DNA of 64,000 nt from Actinomycetes bacterium (GTDB lineage: Bacteria; Actinomycetota; Actinomycetes; Actinomycetales; Microbacteriaceae). Shown piece after piece: positions 32,632-42,287 of this stretch (its first letter is position 1; every line of letters starts with the position of its first letter). The stretch lies in NCBI GenBank assembly GCA_023450335.1, contig JAEXHA010000152.1:359-64358 (forward strand), written 5' to 3'. The notes below the pieces were generated by a model. That model saw only the letters and a list, made by a program, of their open reading frames with translations. It was not told the origin of the DNA and did no database searches. Both the position numbers and the translations under genes were made by a program.

Positions 32632-32837
32632 CCGCGCGTACCGTCACGACCCGGTCGAACCGTGGGCAGTGGGAGAACGTCGTCGACGACGCGCCCGAGA
32701 AGTCGCAGAGCTTCTCGAGCAGAGAAGAAGCGGTGGATGCCGGTGCGGCACTCGCCGCGGACCTCGACTACGAGCACGTCGTCGACGACGCTGCCGCCAC
32801 CGGAGTCATCACCGACGAGCAGGACGACGCCGGCTGA
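32628..32837 (+). CDS. DUF2188-like small protein
   Basis: GQWENVV..SFSSREEAVDAG..A..EHVV pattern. Confidence 0.65.
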   Translation: MTARTVTTRSNRGQWENVVDDAPEKSQSFSSREEAVDAGAALAADLDYEHVVDDAAATGVITDEQDDAG

Positions 32838-32995
32838 CACCGCACGCAACGTGCACGCGCGCGAAAGCGCCGGCGACGGAGAGGGCTGAGGTCTCCGCCG
32901 CCGGCGCGGCTCCGGTGGCGGGCGTCGCCCGCCGTAGGTGGATGACGGGCCGTGACTCGCGGACCATGACCCGCGGGGCGTGACCCGTCGGGGTG

Positions 32996-33544
32996 TCAGG
33001 CCGTCTGGTCGCGGTGCGCGCCTTCGCCGATCTCCTCGACGAGCTTGGCATTGAACGTCGGCAGGTCGTCGGGGTTGCGGCTCGTGACGAATCCGGCATC
33101 CACGACCACCTCTTCGTCGACCCAGTCGGCGCCCGCGTTGCGCAGGTCGGTCTGCAGGCTGGGGTAGCTGGTCATCTTGCGGCCGTCGACGACGTCGGCC
33201 TCGACGAGGATCCACGCCGCGTGGCAGATGGCGCCGACGGGCTTGTGCTGTGCGAAGAAGTCCTTCGCGAACGCGATCGACGCGTCGTCCATGCGCAGGT
33301 GGTCGCCGTTGACGACGCCGCCCGGCAGCACCAGGGCATCGAAATCGTCGGCTTTCGCGTGCGCGGCGGCCAGCTCGACCGGCTGCGTGTGCCCCTTCTT
33401 GCCCTCGATCGAATCAGCCGTGGGCGAGACCATCACCGCGCGGGCTCCGGCATCCGTCACCGCCTGCCACGGCGACGTCAGCTCACTGTCTTCGAAGCCG
33501 TTCGTCGCGAGGAAGGCCACCGTCTTACCGGTCAGATCCGCCAT
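32996..33544 (-). CDS. PfpI/DJ-1 family (type 1 glutamine amidotransferase-like) protein
   Basis: GFEDSE, LVLPGG, AICHA, TSRNPDDL. Confidence 0.93.
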   Translation of the reverse strand: MADLTGKTVAFLATNGFEDSELTSPWQAVTDAGARAVMVSPTADSIEGKKGHTQPVELAAAHAKADDFDALVLPGGVVNGDHLRMDDASIAFAKDFFAQHKPVGAICHAAWILVEADVVDGRKMTSYPSLQTDLRNAGADWVDEEVVVDAGFVTSRNPDDLPTFNAKLVEEIGEGAHRDQTA

Positions 33545-33685
33545 AGTTCTCACTCATCTCCATCGGTTGTCGGGTCGGTACTCCGCGGCACGCTACGGCA
33601 GCGCCCATCCGACCCGAAGGGGCTTGACAACGGCCACGCGCCACAGCACTGTGAGGCCATAACCTGTTGCCACAGAGGAGCTGGG

Positions 33686-34456
33686 ATGAGCTCGGATGCG
33701 TCGGGGCAGGGCGGCACGCTGATCGCGTCGGTCCAGCGTGCGCTGCGGCTGGTCGACATGGTCGCCAATGCGTCGCGACCGGTGACGACCAAGGCGCTCG
33801 CGCACGCCTCGGGCCTGACTCCGGGCACCACGTACAACCTCGTGCGCACCCTGCTGCGGGAGGGATATCTCACCAACCATCCCGACGGGCTCGTGCTCGG
33901 CTCCCGGTTCCTCGGCGTGCATGAAGAAGGGTCCGGGCTGTTCCTCGCCCGGGTGCGGGAGTCGCTGCGCGAGGTCGCCGAAGGGCTCGGCGCGACGGCG
34001 TACCTGTCGCGGTACGACGACGGCGAGGTGCACCTGGTAGACATCGTCGATGCGAAGACGAGCCCGCGGGTCGAATTGTGGGTGGGGCTGCACTCCAGCG
34101 CGCACGCGACGGCGCTGGGCAAGCAGATCCTCGCCGAACTGTCGACCGACGAGCGGCACGACTATCTGTCTCGCCACGAGCTGGAAGAACTCACGCCGTA
34201 CACGATCCGCGATCGCCGGCTGCTGCTGCACCAGCTCGAGCAGCCCGCACCCGCGGTGCTCGACCGGCAGGAGTACGCCATCGGCTTCACCTGCCTGGCC
34301 GTGCCCGTGCGGGCGCCGGGCATCACGGCATCGCTGGCCGTGTCGCTGCCCACCCACGCGGTGAACGAGACGACCGCCGATCTGGCGGCCCGGCTGCGCA
34401 CGATCGGCAACCGGCTGTCGTTGCGCCTGGGCGCCGAACGGCTCGACGAGGGGTGA
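33686..34456 (+). CDS. IclR family regulator
   Basis: SVQRALRLVD HTH, HATALGK, CLAVPV. Confidence 0.9.
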   Translation: MSSDASGQGGTLIASVQRALRLVDMVANASRPVTTKALAHASGLTPGTTYNLVRTLLREGYLTNHPDGLVLGSRFLGVHEEGSGLFLARVRESLREVAEGLGATAYLSRYDDGEVHLVDIVDAKTSPRVELWVGLHSSAHATALGKQILAELSTDERHDYLSRHELEELTPYTIRDRRLLLHQLEQPAPAVLDRQEYAIGFTCLAVPVRAPGITASLAVSLPTHAVNETTADLAARLRTIGNRLSLRLGAERLDEG

Positions 34457-34522
34457 CGGGGCGCTTCACCATCTGAAATTCCGAGTCTGTCGCAATGGCG
34501 CGCGGCACTTTAGCGTGGTCTC

Positions 34523-34650
34523 GTACACGGCATCCGGTGTCTGCGCGCGTTGTCCCCAAGAACGGCGCGGACCTCATCCCATGAACCGGATCGATTCCGT
34601 GATGGCGCGCCGTTCGGCTTCCCCAGACCGAGCGGCGCGCCGACTTCTTC
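34523..34650 (+). ncRNA. Candidate structured small RNA with C-rich loops
   Basis: TAGCGT -10 at 34511; nested stems; two UCCCCA loops; terminal GC hairpin followed by ACTTCTTCT. Confidence 0.5.
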
Positions 34651-34706
34651 TCAGGCGGTGCCGGCATATCGCAGGGGGTGACCCAGCGCGGCCGCGCGGT
34701 ACCCGG

Positions 34707-36332
34707 TCAGATGCGGGCGGCGATCGCGGCGGTATCGATGCCGCGGGGGAGCGCCCCGTACAGACCCAGGGATGCCGGCTCTCCCAGCCGCGTCGCGGTG
34801 AACGCGTCGGCGACCGGCGCCGGCGCGAAGCGCACGAGCAGGGAGGCCTGCAGCGCGAGCGCCAATTCGGCGACGAGGCGACGAGCTCCGGCATCCGGCG
34901 CTGGATCGGCGGCCACCTCGGTGATGAGCCGGCGCGTCTGGTCGAGGTGCGCGTCCAGACGGGCATCGGCGCCGCGGGCGAGCGACACCTCGTCGTCGAA
35001 AGCCGCGAGCGTCTCGGGCTCGCGGGCGAGGGCGCGCAGCACGTCGAGGGCGACGACGTTGCCTGAGCCCTCCCACACCGCCATGACCGGCTGCTCGCGG
35101 TAGCGCATCGCCAGCGGGAACTGCTCGGTGTAGCCGTTGCCGCCGAGGCATTCGAGCGCCTCATACGCGTGACCCGGGCCCCGCTTGCAGATCCAGTACT
35201 TCGCCACGGCGGTGGCCAGTCGGCGGAAGGCCTTCTCCGCGTCGGACGCGTCGTCATCGTGCGCGCGGGCCAGCCGCATCGCGGTCGCCGTGGCCGCCTC
35301 GGCCTCGAGCTGCAGGTCGGCCAGCACCGCCGTCATCGCCGGCTGGTCGATGAGCGTGCGCCCGAACGCGGTGCGGTGCCGGGCGTGCCAGGCCGCCTCG
35401 GCGACCGCCTGCCGCATGCCCGCCGTCGTGCCGTAGACGCAGTCGAGGCGCGTGCGCGCGACCATGTCGATGATGGTGCGCACCCCTCGCCCTTCGTCGC
35501 CCACGAGGCGGCCCTCGGCATCCACGTATTCGACCTCGCTCGACGCGTTCGCGCGGTTGCCGAGCTTGTCCTTGAGGCGCTGAAGGTGGATGCCGGTGCG
35601 CGCGCCGTCGTCGGTCAGCCTCGGCACCAGGAAGCACGACAGGCCGCCGGGCGCCTGGGCGAGCACGACGAATGCGTCCGACATCGGGGCGCTGCAGAAC
35701 CATTTGTGCCCGGACAGGGCGTAGCGGCCCTCGCCGAGCGGGCGGGCGGCGGTGGTGCCGGCGCGCACGTCGGAGCCGCCCTGCTTCTCGGTCATCGCCA
35801 TGCCGAACAGCGCGCTGTGCTTGCCGGGGCGCAGCGCCGGGTCGTACGAGGTGGCGTACACCCGGTCGAGCCACGCGTCGCCGACCCCGTGCTGCTGCAG
35901 CACCGGCACGACCGCGTGGGTCATCGATACCGGGCAGGCGTGGCCGGGCTCGATCTGCGCATAGAGCATGAAGGTCGCCGCCCGGGCGACGTTCGCGCCC
36001 GGCTTCGGCTCGACGTACGCCGAGGTGTGCGCGCCGTCGGCGACGGCCGCGGCGATGATGCGGTGGTAGGCGTCGTCGTACTCGACCTCGTCGATGCGGT
36101 GCCCGTACCGGTCGTGGGTGTGCAGCACCGGCTCGTGCCGGTTCGCACGCTCGGCGTCACGCTGGAAGGATGCCGTGCCGAGGCGCTGCCCGGTCAGGTG
36201 CAGCCGGTGGTGCGCCCACCCCGCATCATGCCGTTCGACGGCCTCGAACAGGGCGATGTTGGTGCCGTACTCGTCGAGGTCGACGCGCGGCGGGGGCTGG
36301 TTCACGACGTCGTGGGTGCTCACCCTCCCCAT
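34707..36332 (-). CDS. Acyl-CoA dehydrogenase (AidB-like)
   Basis: THDVVNQPP, CPVSMT, MTEKQGGSDV, GHKWFCSAPMSD, WEGSGNV. Confidence 0.9.
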   Translation of the reverse strand: MGRVSTHDVVNQPPPRVDLDEYGTNIALFEAVERHDAGWAHHRLHLTGQRLGTASFQRDAERANRHEPVLHTHDRYGHRIDEVEYDDAYHRIIAAAVADGAHTSAYVEPKPGANVARAATFMLYAQIEPGHACPVSMTHAVVPVLQQHGVGDAWLDRVYATSYDPALRPGKHSALFGMAMTEKQGGSDVRAGTTAARPLGEGRYALSGHKWFCSAPMSDAFVVLAQAPGGLSCFLVPRLTDDGARTGIHLQRLKDKLGNRANASSEVEYVDAEGRLVGDEGRGVRTIIDMVARTRLDCVYGTTAGMRQAVAEAAWHARHRTAFGRTLIDQPAMTAVLADLQLEAEAATATAMRLARAHDDDASDAEKAFRRLATAVAKYWICKRGPGHAYEALECLGGNGYTEQFPLAMRYREQPVMAVWEGSGNVVALDVLRALAREPETLAAFDDEVSLARGADARLDAHLDQTRRLITEVAADPAPDAGARRLVAELALALQASLLVRFAPAPVADAFTATRLGEPASLGLYGALPRGIDTAAIAARI

Positions 36333-36376
36333 CGAATCAGGCGCGCGGCGGCGGCGCCAGGGTGTCTGGTGGGGTG

Positions 36377-36805
36377 TCAGCCGGCGGCGACGGCAGCGTC
36401 GAGGCGATCGAGGATCTCGACGCAGCGCTCGACGTCTTCAGGGGTGCCCGACAACTCGAACTCGAACAGCACCGGCCGCCCCGACACCTGCGCGAGCTGC
36501 CGCGCGGCGGCCTGGTAGTAGATGCCGAAGTTGCGGTTGCCCGACCCGATGATGCCGATCAGCCGGCGGCGGTTCATCGGCGAGCGCAGAAAGCTGCGCA
36601 CCGGGGCGGGGAGGGTGACCTCTTCGGCGTTGCCCGCCTTGTACGAGGGGGTCAGCAGCACCCACGGTCCCGACACCTCACGGCGGCGCACGGTCGGGTC
36701 GGCGAGGTTGAAGACGGCTCGTCCGTCGGCCGCGGCCAGGTGCTCGGCGAAGCGCCCGGTCAGGTTCGACACCGACGAGTAGTAATACACCGGCACCTTG
36801 GGCAT
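36377..36805 (-). CDS. nrdI: Class Ib RNR flavodoxin NrdI
   Basis: YYSSVSNLTGRF, GSGNRNFG, FELSGT. Confidence 0.88.
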   Translation of the reverse strand: MPKVPVYYYSSVSNLTGRFAEHLAAADGRAVFNLADPTVRRREVSGPWVLLTPSYKAGNAEEVTLPAPVRSFLRSPMNRRRLIGIIGSGNRNFGIYYQAAARQLAQVSGRPVLFEFELSGTPEDVERCVEILDRLDAAVAAG

Positions 36806-36884
36806 AGCCCCAGTCTGCGCCGATCGCCGGTATCGTGCACCGGCGCGCCGACGTGACAAACCCTCCCCGCCGTACGATCGGGGC

Positions 36885-37919
36885 ATGGGTGAGAGTCAGG
36901 GGCGGTTCATGACGGGCCTCATCCGCATCGCGCCGCACCGCGGTGATCACCGCGTCGCGATCCGCGCGGCCGTCTCGATCGCGGTGCCGCTGGTGATCCT
37001 CTGGGCGATCGGGCGCGTCGACCTCAGCGTGTACGCCAGCTTCGGCGCCTTCGCCTCGCTGTACGGTCGCTACGACCGGTACGCCGACCGCATCCGCATG
37101 CAGATCGCGGCCGGGCTCACGATGGTGGTGTGCATGCTGATGGGCACCGCCCTGTCACTGCTGGCCACGCCGACCGGGCTGCGCGTGCTCGTGGTCGGGC
37201 TCATCGCGGGGGTGGGAGCGCTGATCGCCCACGCCTGGCGGTGGCATCCACCCTCGTCGCTGTTCGCCGTGTTCTCCGCCGGCGCCTGTGCAAGCCTGCC
37301 GGCCACGACCGCCTCGCTGCTGGAGGTCGTCATCGTGGGTGGCGCGTCGGCGCTGTTCAGCATGGTGCTGACCGCGGGCATCGCCCTCGCACGGCAGGGG
37401 CGCCGACTGCTCGCGCCCGTGCGCACCCGGCAGGTCGCCGATCGCGACGCGGTGGGGGCAGCCGTCACCGTCGGCATCGGCGCGCTGCTGGCCGGCTTCG
37501 CGGGACTGCTGCTGATCGGCGACCACTGGTACTGGGCGATGGTCGGCGCCGTGGCGGCACTGGGCGGCGCGCACCTGACGGCGCGGCTCGTGCGCGGGGT
37601 GCAGCGCCTGGTGGGCACCCTCATCGGCGTGGCTGTCGCCGCCGGACTGCTCGCCCTGCACCTGCCGCCGCCGGCGACGATCGGCGTGGCGATCCTGTGT
37701 CAGATGGGTGCCGAACTGTACGTGAACCGCAACTACGGGCTGGCCATGCTGTTCATCACTCCGCTGGCGCTGCTCATGGTCGAGCTCGCCGTGCCCACCG
37801 ACCCGACGACGCTGCTGGTCGACCGCACGCTCGACACGCTCATCGGCGTCGTGGTGGGCACCGCGGTCGCCGTCGCCTCGGCATGGGTGCGCCGCGCCCG
37901 GCGCCGATCGAGCGCCTAA
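36885..37919 (+). CDS. FUSC family membrane protein
   Basis: HWYWAMV, QRLVGTLIG, DRTLDTLIG. Confidence 0.85.
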   Translation: MGESQGRFMTGLIRIAPHRGDHRVAIRAAVSIAVPLVILWAIGRVDLSVYASFGAFASLYGRYDRYADRIRMQIAAGLTMVVCMLMGTALSLLATPTGLRVLVVGLIAGVGALIAHAWRWHPPSSLFAVFSAGACASLPATTASLLEVVIVGGASALFSMVLTAGIALARQGRRLLAPVRTRQVADRDAVGAAVTVGIGALLAGFAGLLLIGDHWYWAMVGAVAALGGAHLTARLVRGVQRLVGTLIGVAVAAGLLALHLPPPATIGVAILCQMGAELYVNRNYGLAMLFITPLALLMVELAVPTDPTTLLVDRTLDTLIGVVVGTAVAVASAWVRRARRRSSA

Positions 37920-37928
37920 CCTGGGGGT

Positions 37929-38918
37929 ATGCAGCAACGTCCCCTCGGCCGCACCGGCCGCACCGTGTCAGCGATCGGCCTCGGAACCTGGCAGCTCGGC
38001 GCCGACTGGGGCGATGTCTCCGAAGACGCCGCGCTCGAGGTGCTCGCCGCCTCGGCTGACGCCGGCGTCACCCTGTTCGACACCGCCGACGTGTACGGCG
38101 ACGGACGCAGCGAGAGCCTCATCGGCCGGTTCCTGGCCGACCGGCCCGGGCACGGCATCACGGTGGCGACCAAGATGGGGCGCCGCGTCGCGCAGGAGCC
38201 GGGCAACTACACGCCCGAGAACTTCCGCGCGTGGACCGACCGGTCGCGCCGCAACCTCGGCGTCGACACCCTCGACCTCGTGCAGCTGCACTGCCCGCCG
38301 AGCGACGTCATCGACGCCGACGCGACCTACGATGCCCTCGACGACCTCGTGGCCGCCGGCAGCATCGCCGCCTACGGCGTCTCGGTCGAGACGTGCGCGC
38401 AGGCGCTCGCCGCCATCGCACGCCCCCAAGTGACGAACGTGCAGATCATCCTGAACCCCTTCCGGCTGAAGCCCCTTGACGAAGTGCTGCCGGCGGCGGT
38501 GGATGCCGGTGTCGCGATCTTCGCGCGCGTGCCTCTGGCATCGGGGCTCCTCAGCGGAAAGTACTCCGCCGACACCACATTCGCGGCCAACGACCACCGC
38601 ACCTTCAACCGCCACGGCGAGGCGTTCGACCAGGGCGAGACGTTCTCCGGCGTCGACTATGAGGTCGGGCTGCAGGCCGTGGCCGAGCTGGGCGCCGCAC
38701 TGCCCGACGGCGTCAACCTGCCGACCGCAGCGCTCGCATGGGCGGCCAGCCGTCCGGGCGTGACGAGCGTGATCCCCGGAGCGCGCAACGTCGCGCAGGC
38801 GCGGTCGAACGCCGCGGCCGCCGAGGCGATCGGCACGGTCGACCTGTCGGGCTTCGAGACCGCGGTGAGCGACGTGTACGACCGGCTGCTGCGCGAGAGC
38901 ATCCACCCGCGTTGGTGA
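37929..38918 (+). CDS. Aldo/keto reductase
   Basis: GLGTWQ, FDTADVYGDG, LDLVQLH, VIPGA. Confidence 0.94.
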   Translation: MQQRPLGRTGRTVSAIGLGTWQLGADWGDVSEDAALEVLAASADAGVTLFDTADVYGDGRSESLIGRFLADRPGHGITVATKMGRRVAQEPGNYTPENFRAWTDRSRRNLGVDTLDLVQLHCPPSDVIDADATYDALDDLVAAGSIAAYGVSVETCAQALAAIARPQVTNVQIILNPFRLKPLDEVLPAAVDAGVAIFARVPLASGLLSGKYSADTTFAANDHRTFNRHGEAFDQGETFSGVDYEVGLQAVAELGAALPDGVNLPTAALAWAASRPGVTSVIPGARNVAQARSNAAAAEAIGTVDLSGFETAVSDVYDRLLRESIHPRW

Positions 38919-39071
38919 GGCCGCGTTGCGCAGGCCGTGCGTCGGCGCGTGCGTGAGGGCCATGGTGCGTCGGCGGACCTCTGTGTGCGGGCGCGGCGTC
39001 GCCGGCTGAGGAAGCCCTGACGGTGTGCTCCCACAGTTGCGCGCCGGCATGACACGATCGACCATGGAAGG

Positions 39072-39998
39072 GTGAGCGTGCGCCGGCGAACGGGAATCAC
39101 GCCGTGGCTGGTCACGGCGCTCTCGGTCGTGGCGTCGATAACGCTCGTGGGCGCCGCGGCGCTGACCGACCCCGGCGATGCCGGCGGCCCGGAACGCCGG
39201 GCCGACACGACCGTGCAGGCACCGGCATCCACACCTCCGGCATCCACCGCACCGGCCGACGACCCGACCGCTGCGCAGACAGGTCCGGACGCCGACACGA
39301 CCGAGTACCGCGTGCGCAGCCTGCCGCGGCTGGACGTGTGGGTCGTCGACGAGAGGCTGCCCGTCGACGACGAACCGTTCGGCGCGACGACGGGCTTGAT
39401 CGCGCAGCCGCGCGATCTTGGCGCACCCGTGTTCACCGAGCCCGGTGCCGAGCCGATCGCCTATCTGCCGCGCAACCAGACCTATGGCGGCACGAGCGTG
39501 CCGGTGGTCGAACGTTACGAGCACTGGGTGAAAGTGCTGCTGCCGGGGCGTCAGGGTGTGCCGCCGCGCGGCGACGCCGGACAGGTGGTGGGGTGGTTCC
39601 GCACGGCGGATGTCGACCTGCGGCGCAACGACTCCTACGTCGAGGTGCACCTCGAAGACCGCACGATCGACATCGTCACCGCGGCCGGGTGGGAGCGGGT
39701 CGCCGACGACTTCTCGTGGGGCAAGACCTCGACGCCGACACCGACCGGGCGCACGTTCATCATGCTGACGAAGGTCGAGCCGCGGTTCGCGTACACGAAG
39801 GGGCATCCGCTCGTATACCTGGGCGTGCAGTCGCCGGCGATGGCCGGGTTCGACGGGGGAGAGGTCGCGGTCACCGCGTTCCACTATTACAAGGTGCGGT
39901 CGGGGGCGAACTCGTTCGGATGCATCTACCTCGACGGGCCCGCGACCGACCGGCTCGCCCAACTGCCCGAGGGGACGCCGGTGGTGATTCACCCGTAG
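39072..39998 (+). CDS. L,D-transpeptidase family protein
   Basis: N-terminal anchor; TPTPTG; AFH...NSFGCI catalytic His/Cys. Confidence 0.75.
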   Translation: MSVRRRTGITPWLVTALSVVASITLVGAAALTDPGDAGGPERRADTTVQAPASTPPASTAPADDPTAAQTGPDADTTEYRVRSLPRLDVWVVDERLPVDDEPFGATTGLIAQPRDLGAPVFTEPGAEPIAYLPRNQTYGGTSVPVVERYEHWVKVLLPGRQGVPPRGDAGQVVGWFRTADVDLRRNDSYVEVHLEDRTIDIVTAAGWERVADDFSWGKTSTPTPTGRTFIMLTKVEPRFAYTKGHPLVYLGVQSPAMAGFDGGEVAVTAFHYYKVRSGANSFGCIYLDGPATDRLAQLPEGTPVVIHP

Positions 39999-40078
39999 CT
40001 GCCGGTTTGTGTCCGGTGCGGGCTCAGCGCGCGGGGATCAGGTGCCGCGGCGGCCCTCGATGCGCGCGATGCTGATCT

Positions 40079-41287
40079 TCACACCCCTCTTGTCGGTGGG
40101 ATGTTCCGTCCGCGATACACCGCACGTTCGAACGCGGCGACGCCGGCGGCGGCGGGCGGGTCGAAGAACGGCAGCAGCTGCGCGGCCCACACCGCGGCGA
40201 TGCCCGAAGCGCGGTCGATCCAATAGTGGACGTTGCCCAGTCCCGCCCATGACAGCGCGCCGGCCCGGCGCCCGCCGGGCACGTCGTCGTCGTTGCGAAG
40301 GAACGAGTAGGCCCACGACTTCGACCGGCACGGGAAGAACTCCGCCGGATGGGTCAGTGCCGAGATCGCCGCCGGCAGCGCCGTAACGTCGACTCCCGGC
40401 ACCCCGCGAGTCGCCCATTCGAGGGTCTCGGGTCGCAGCACACGACCGCCGGGCGCTGATCCGTCGCCGAGCCACACGCGCAGCAGCGCGAGCACGTCGG
40501 GCACGGTCGAGAACAGTCCCTGCCCGCCCATGTCGAGCTTCGGCGAATCGGGCGGCGCACCGCGGACCGCGACGAGCTCGCCGTCGCGATTGCGTCGCTG
40601 CACCGTCGCGAGCCGTCGCCGCATGTCTGGCGTCATGTCGAAAGAAGTGGATGCCATTCCGCACGGCGCATATATGTGCTCACGGAACACGTGCTCGAGC
40701 CGCCGGCCGCGCACCGCGGCGACGATCAGACCCATCCAGTCCATCGACGTGCCGTAGGTCCATTGCTCGCCCGGGTCGTGCAGCAGCGGCGTCGTGATCG
40801 AGTCGCGCAGCGGGGTGGCCGAGGGCTGGGTCATGCGGCGGCGTGACAGCAGTGCGTAGCGCTCGTCGAACATGTCGTACGCGAGGCCCGAGGTATGCAG
40901 CAGCAGCATGCGCGGCGTGATGTCGCGCGCCGGCGGCCGTGTGTGCGCGGTGCCGTCGTCGTCGAGTGCGGTGAGCACCTCGAGGTCACCGATCTCAGGC
41001 ACGTAGTGGCGGGCCGGGGCGTCGAGATCGATCAGGCCGTCCTCGACGCATTGCAGGGTGGCCGTCGCAGTGAATGCCTTCGTCACCGAGTACAACGCGA
41101 TCACGGTGTCGGTGGTCGCGGCCTGCTCTGCGGAGCGGAGGCCGGAGGCATGCAGGTAGGCCGTCTCGACCGATGAGGTCACGCCGGCAATGACGAGTGG
41201 CACCCCGGCGGCGACGGCTGCATCGACGGCTGCATCGAAAGCAGCGTTCATGGCGTTGTCGGCATCGTTGCCGATCTCATCGGTCAT
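40079..41287 (-). CDS. Serine hydrolase (beta-lactamase/esterase family)
   Basis: SVTK (SxxK), LLLHTSGL, PGEQWTYG, WAGL. Confidence 0.9.
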   Translation of the reverse strand: MTDEIGNDADNAMNAAFDAAVDAAVAAGVPLVIAGVTSSVETAYLHASGLRSAEQAATTDTVIALYSVTKAFTATATLQCVEDGLIDLDAPARHYVPEIGDLEVLTALDDDGTAHTRPPARDITPRMLLLHTSGLAYDMFDERYALLSRRRMTQPSATPLRDSITTPLLHDPGEQWTYGTSMDWMGLIVAAVRGRRLEHVFREHIYAPCGMASTSFDMTPDMRRRLATVQRRNRDGELVAVRGAPPDSPKLDMGGQGLFSTVPDVLALLRVWLGDGSAPGGRVLRPETLEWATRGVPGVDVTALPAAISALTHPAEFFPCRSKSWAYSFLRNDDDVPGGRRAGALSWAGLGNVHYWIDRASGIAAVWAAQLLPFFDPPAAAGVAAFERAVYRGRNIPPTRGV

Positions 41288-41383
41288 GTCTGTTCCCTCG
41301 CGCACTTCCGTCAAGCCTATTTCCGGCCGGGTGGAGCGCGCATCCGCTATCTCCGCGTCGTAACAGGTCGATAGCGTGGCGGC

Positions 41384-41680
41384 ATGATCGTCGAGTTCGA
41401 GGGCACGGTGTTCCTGTGGGATGCGCGCACCGAGGCCATGCACTTGGTCGCCGTGCCGGCAGAGCTGAGCGCCGACATCCGCGATATTCCGCGCGTGCGA
41501 CGGGGTTTCGGGTCCGTGCGGGTTGAGGCGCAGCTCGGCGGGTCGAGGTGGCGCACGTCGATCTTCCCCGATTCGGGCCGAGGGGAGTACGTGCTGCCGT
41601 TGAAGCGGGCGGTGCGCGATGCGGAAGGCGTCGCCGAGGGAGACCTCATCAGCGTGCGCCTCGAAGTATTCGACGGATGA
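41384..41680 (+). CDS. DUF1905 domain protein
   Basis: GFGSVRV, WRTSIFP, LPLKRAVR; TAGCGT 6 nt upstream (leaderless). Confidence 0.85.
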   Translation: MIVEFEGTVFLWDARTEAMHLVAVPAELSADIRDIPRVRRGFGSVRVEAQLGGSRWRTSIFPDSGRGEYVLPLKRAVRDAEGVAEGDLISVRLEVFDG

Positions 41681-42084
41681 GAGGCCCGGTCGCTCGGCGC
41701 TGTGCCGACTCATACTTTCGTCTAGAAGTTTCGGGTGAGTTGGCGAAAGTGTGAGCTCGCAATCAGGGGCCGCTGCCGCGCGTGGAGCGTTGCCCGTGGG
41801 GGTCTCGTGCGCGAACCGCCACCCTTCTGGGTTTCGATGCCGCGGAGCTCGTTCGTAGGCTGAGCACAGCATTCCCGACATGATGGAAAACGTGTGTGGA
41901 CCAGCGATTTATCTCACAAGTACGCTGAGCCTGATCATGCGCGCCGCCACGCTTTGCCACCCGCCTTCCAGGATGTCTCACGGGTGTTCAGCGGGCTGGT
42001 CGCTGGCGGCGCCACTTCACTATCGCCACGCCAGTAACAGAGGTAACAGATAACACTTTTTCCCCAGCAATCTCACACACACCA

Positions 42085-42113
42085 TTGACAGAACATGAGA
42101 GGTCTCTAATGAT
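42085..42113 (+). promoter_or_regulatory. Sigma70-type promoter of pilin operon
   Basis: TTGACA-N17-AATGAT in an AT-richer intergenic region. Confidence 0.6.
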
Positions 42114-42287
42114 TGGCATCGGAGAGGGAGATCCGTCCTCGCGGCGGGCTTTCTGAACCAGGCTCTGCATCTCTCGGATTCACCCGAATCTGAGAGCCCC
42201 CCGAAGAGCCGGTTCCTGGGGAACCGCTAATCGGCGTGCACAAACAAGGGCCATGTCCTGTACACCCCCCAAGGAAAGGCACGCATC

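Noticed and set aside
41310..41350. Fourth GTCAAG-box promoter
   Set aside because: GTCAAGCCTAT has no -10 hexamer at the N22 spacing
42111..42232. Known c-di-GMP or c-di-AMP riboswitch upstream of the pilin
   Set aside because: The consensus elements could not be matched by eye; kept only as an unclassified structured leader
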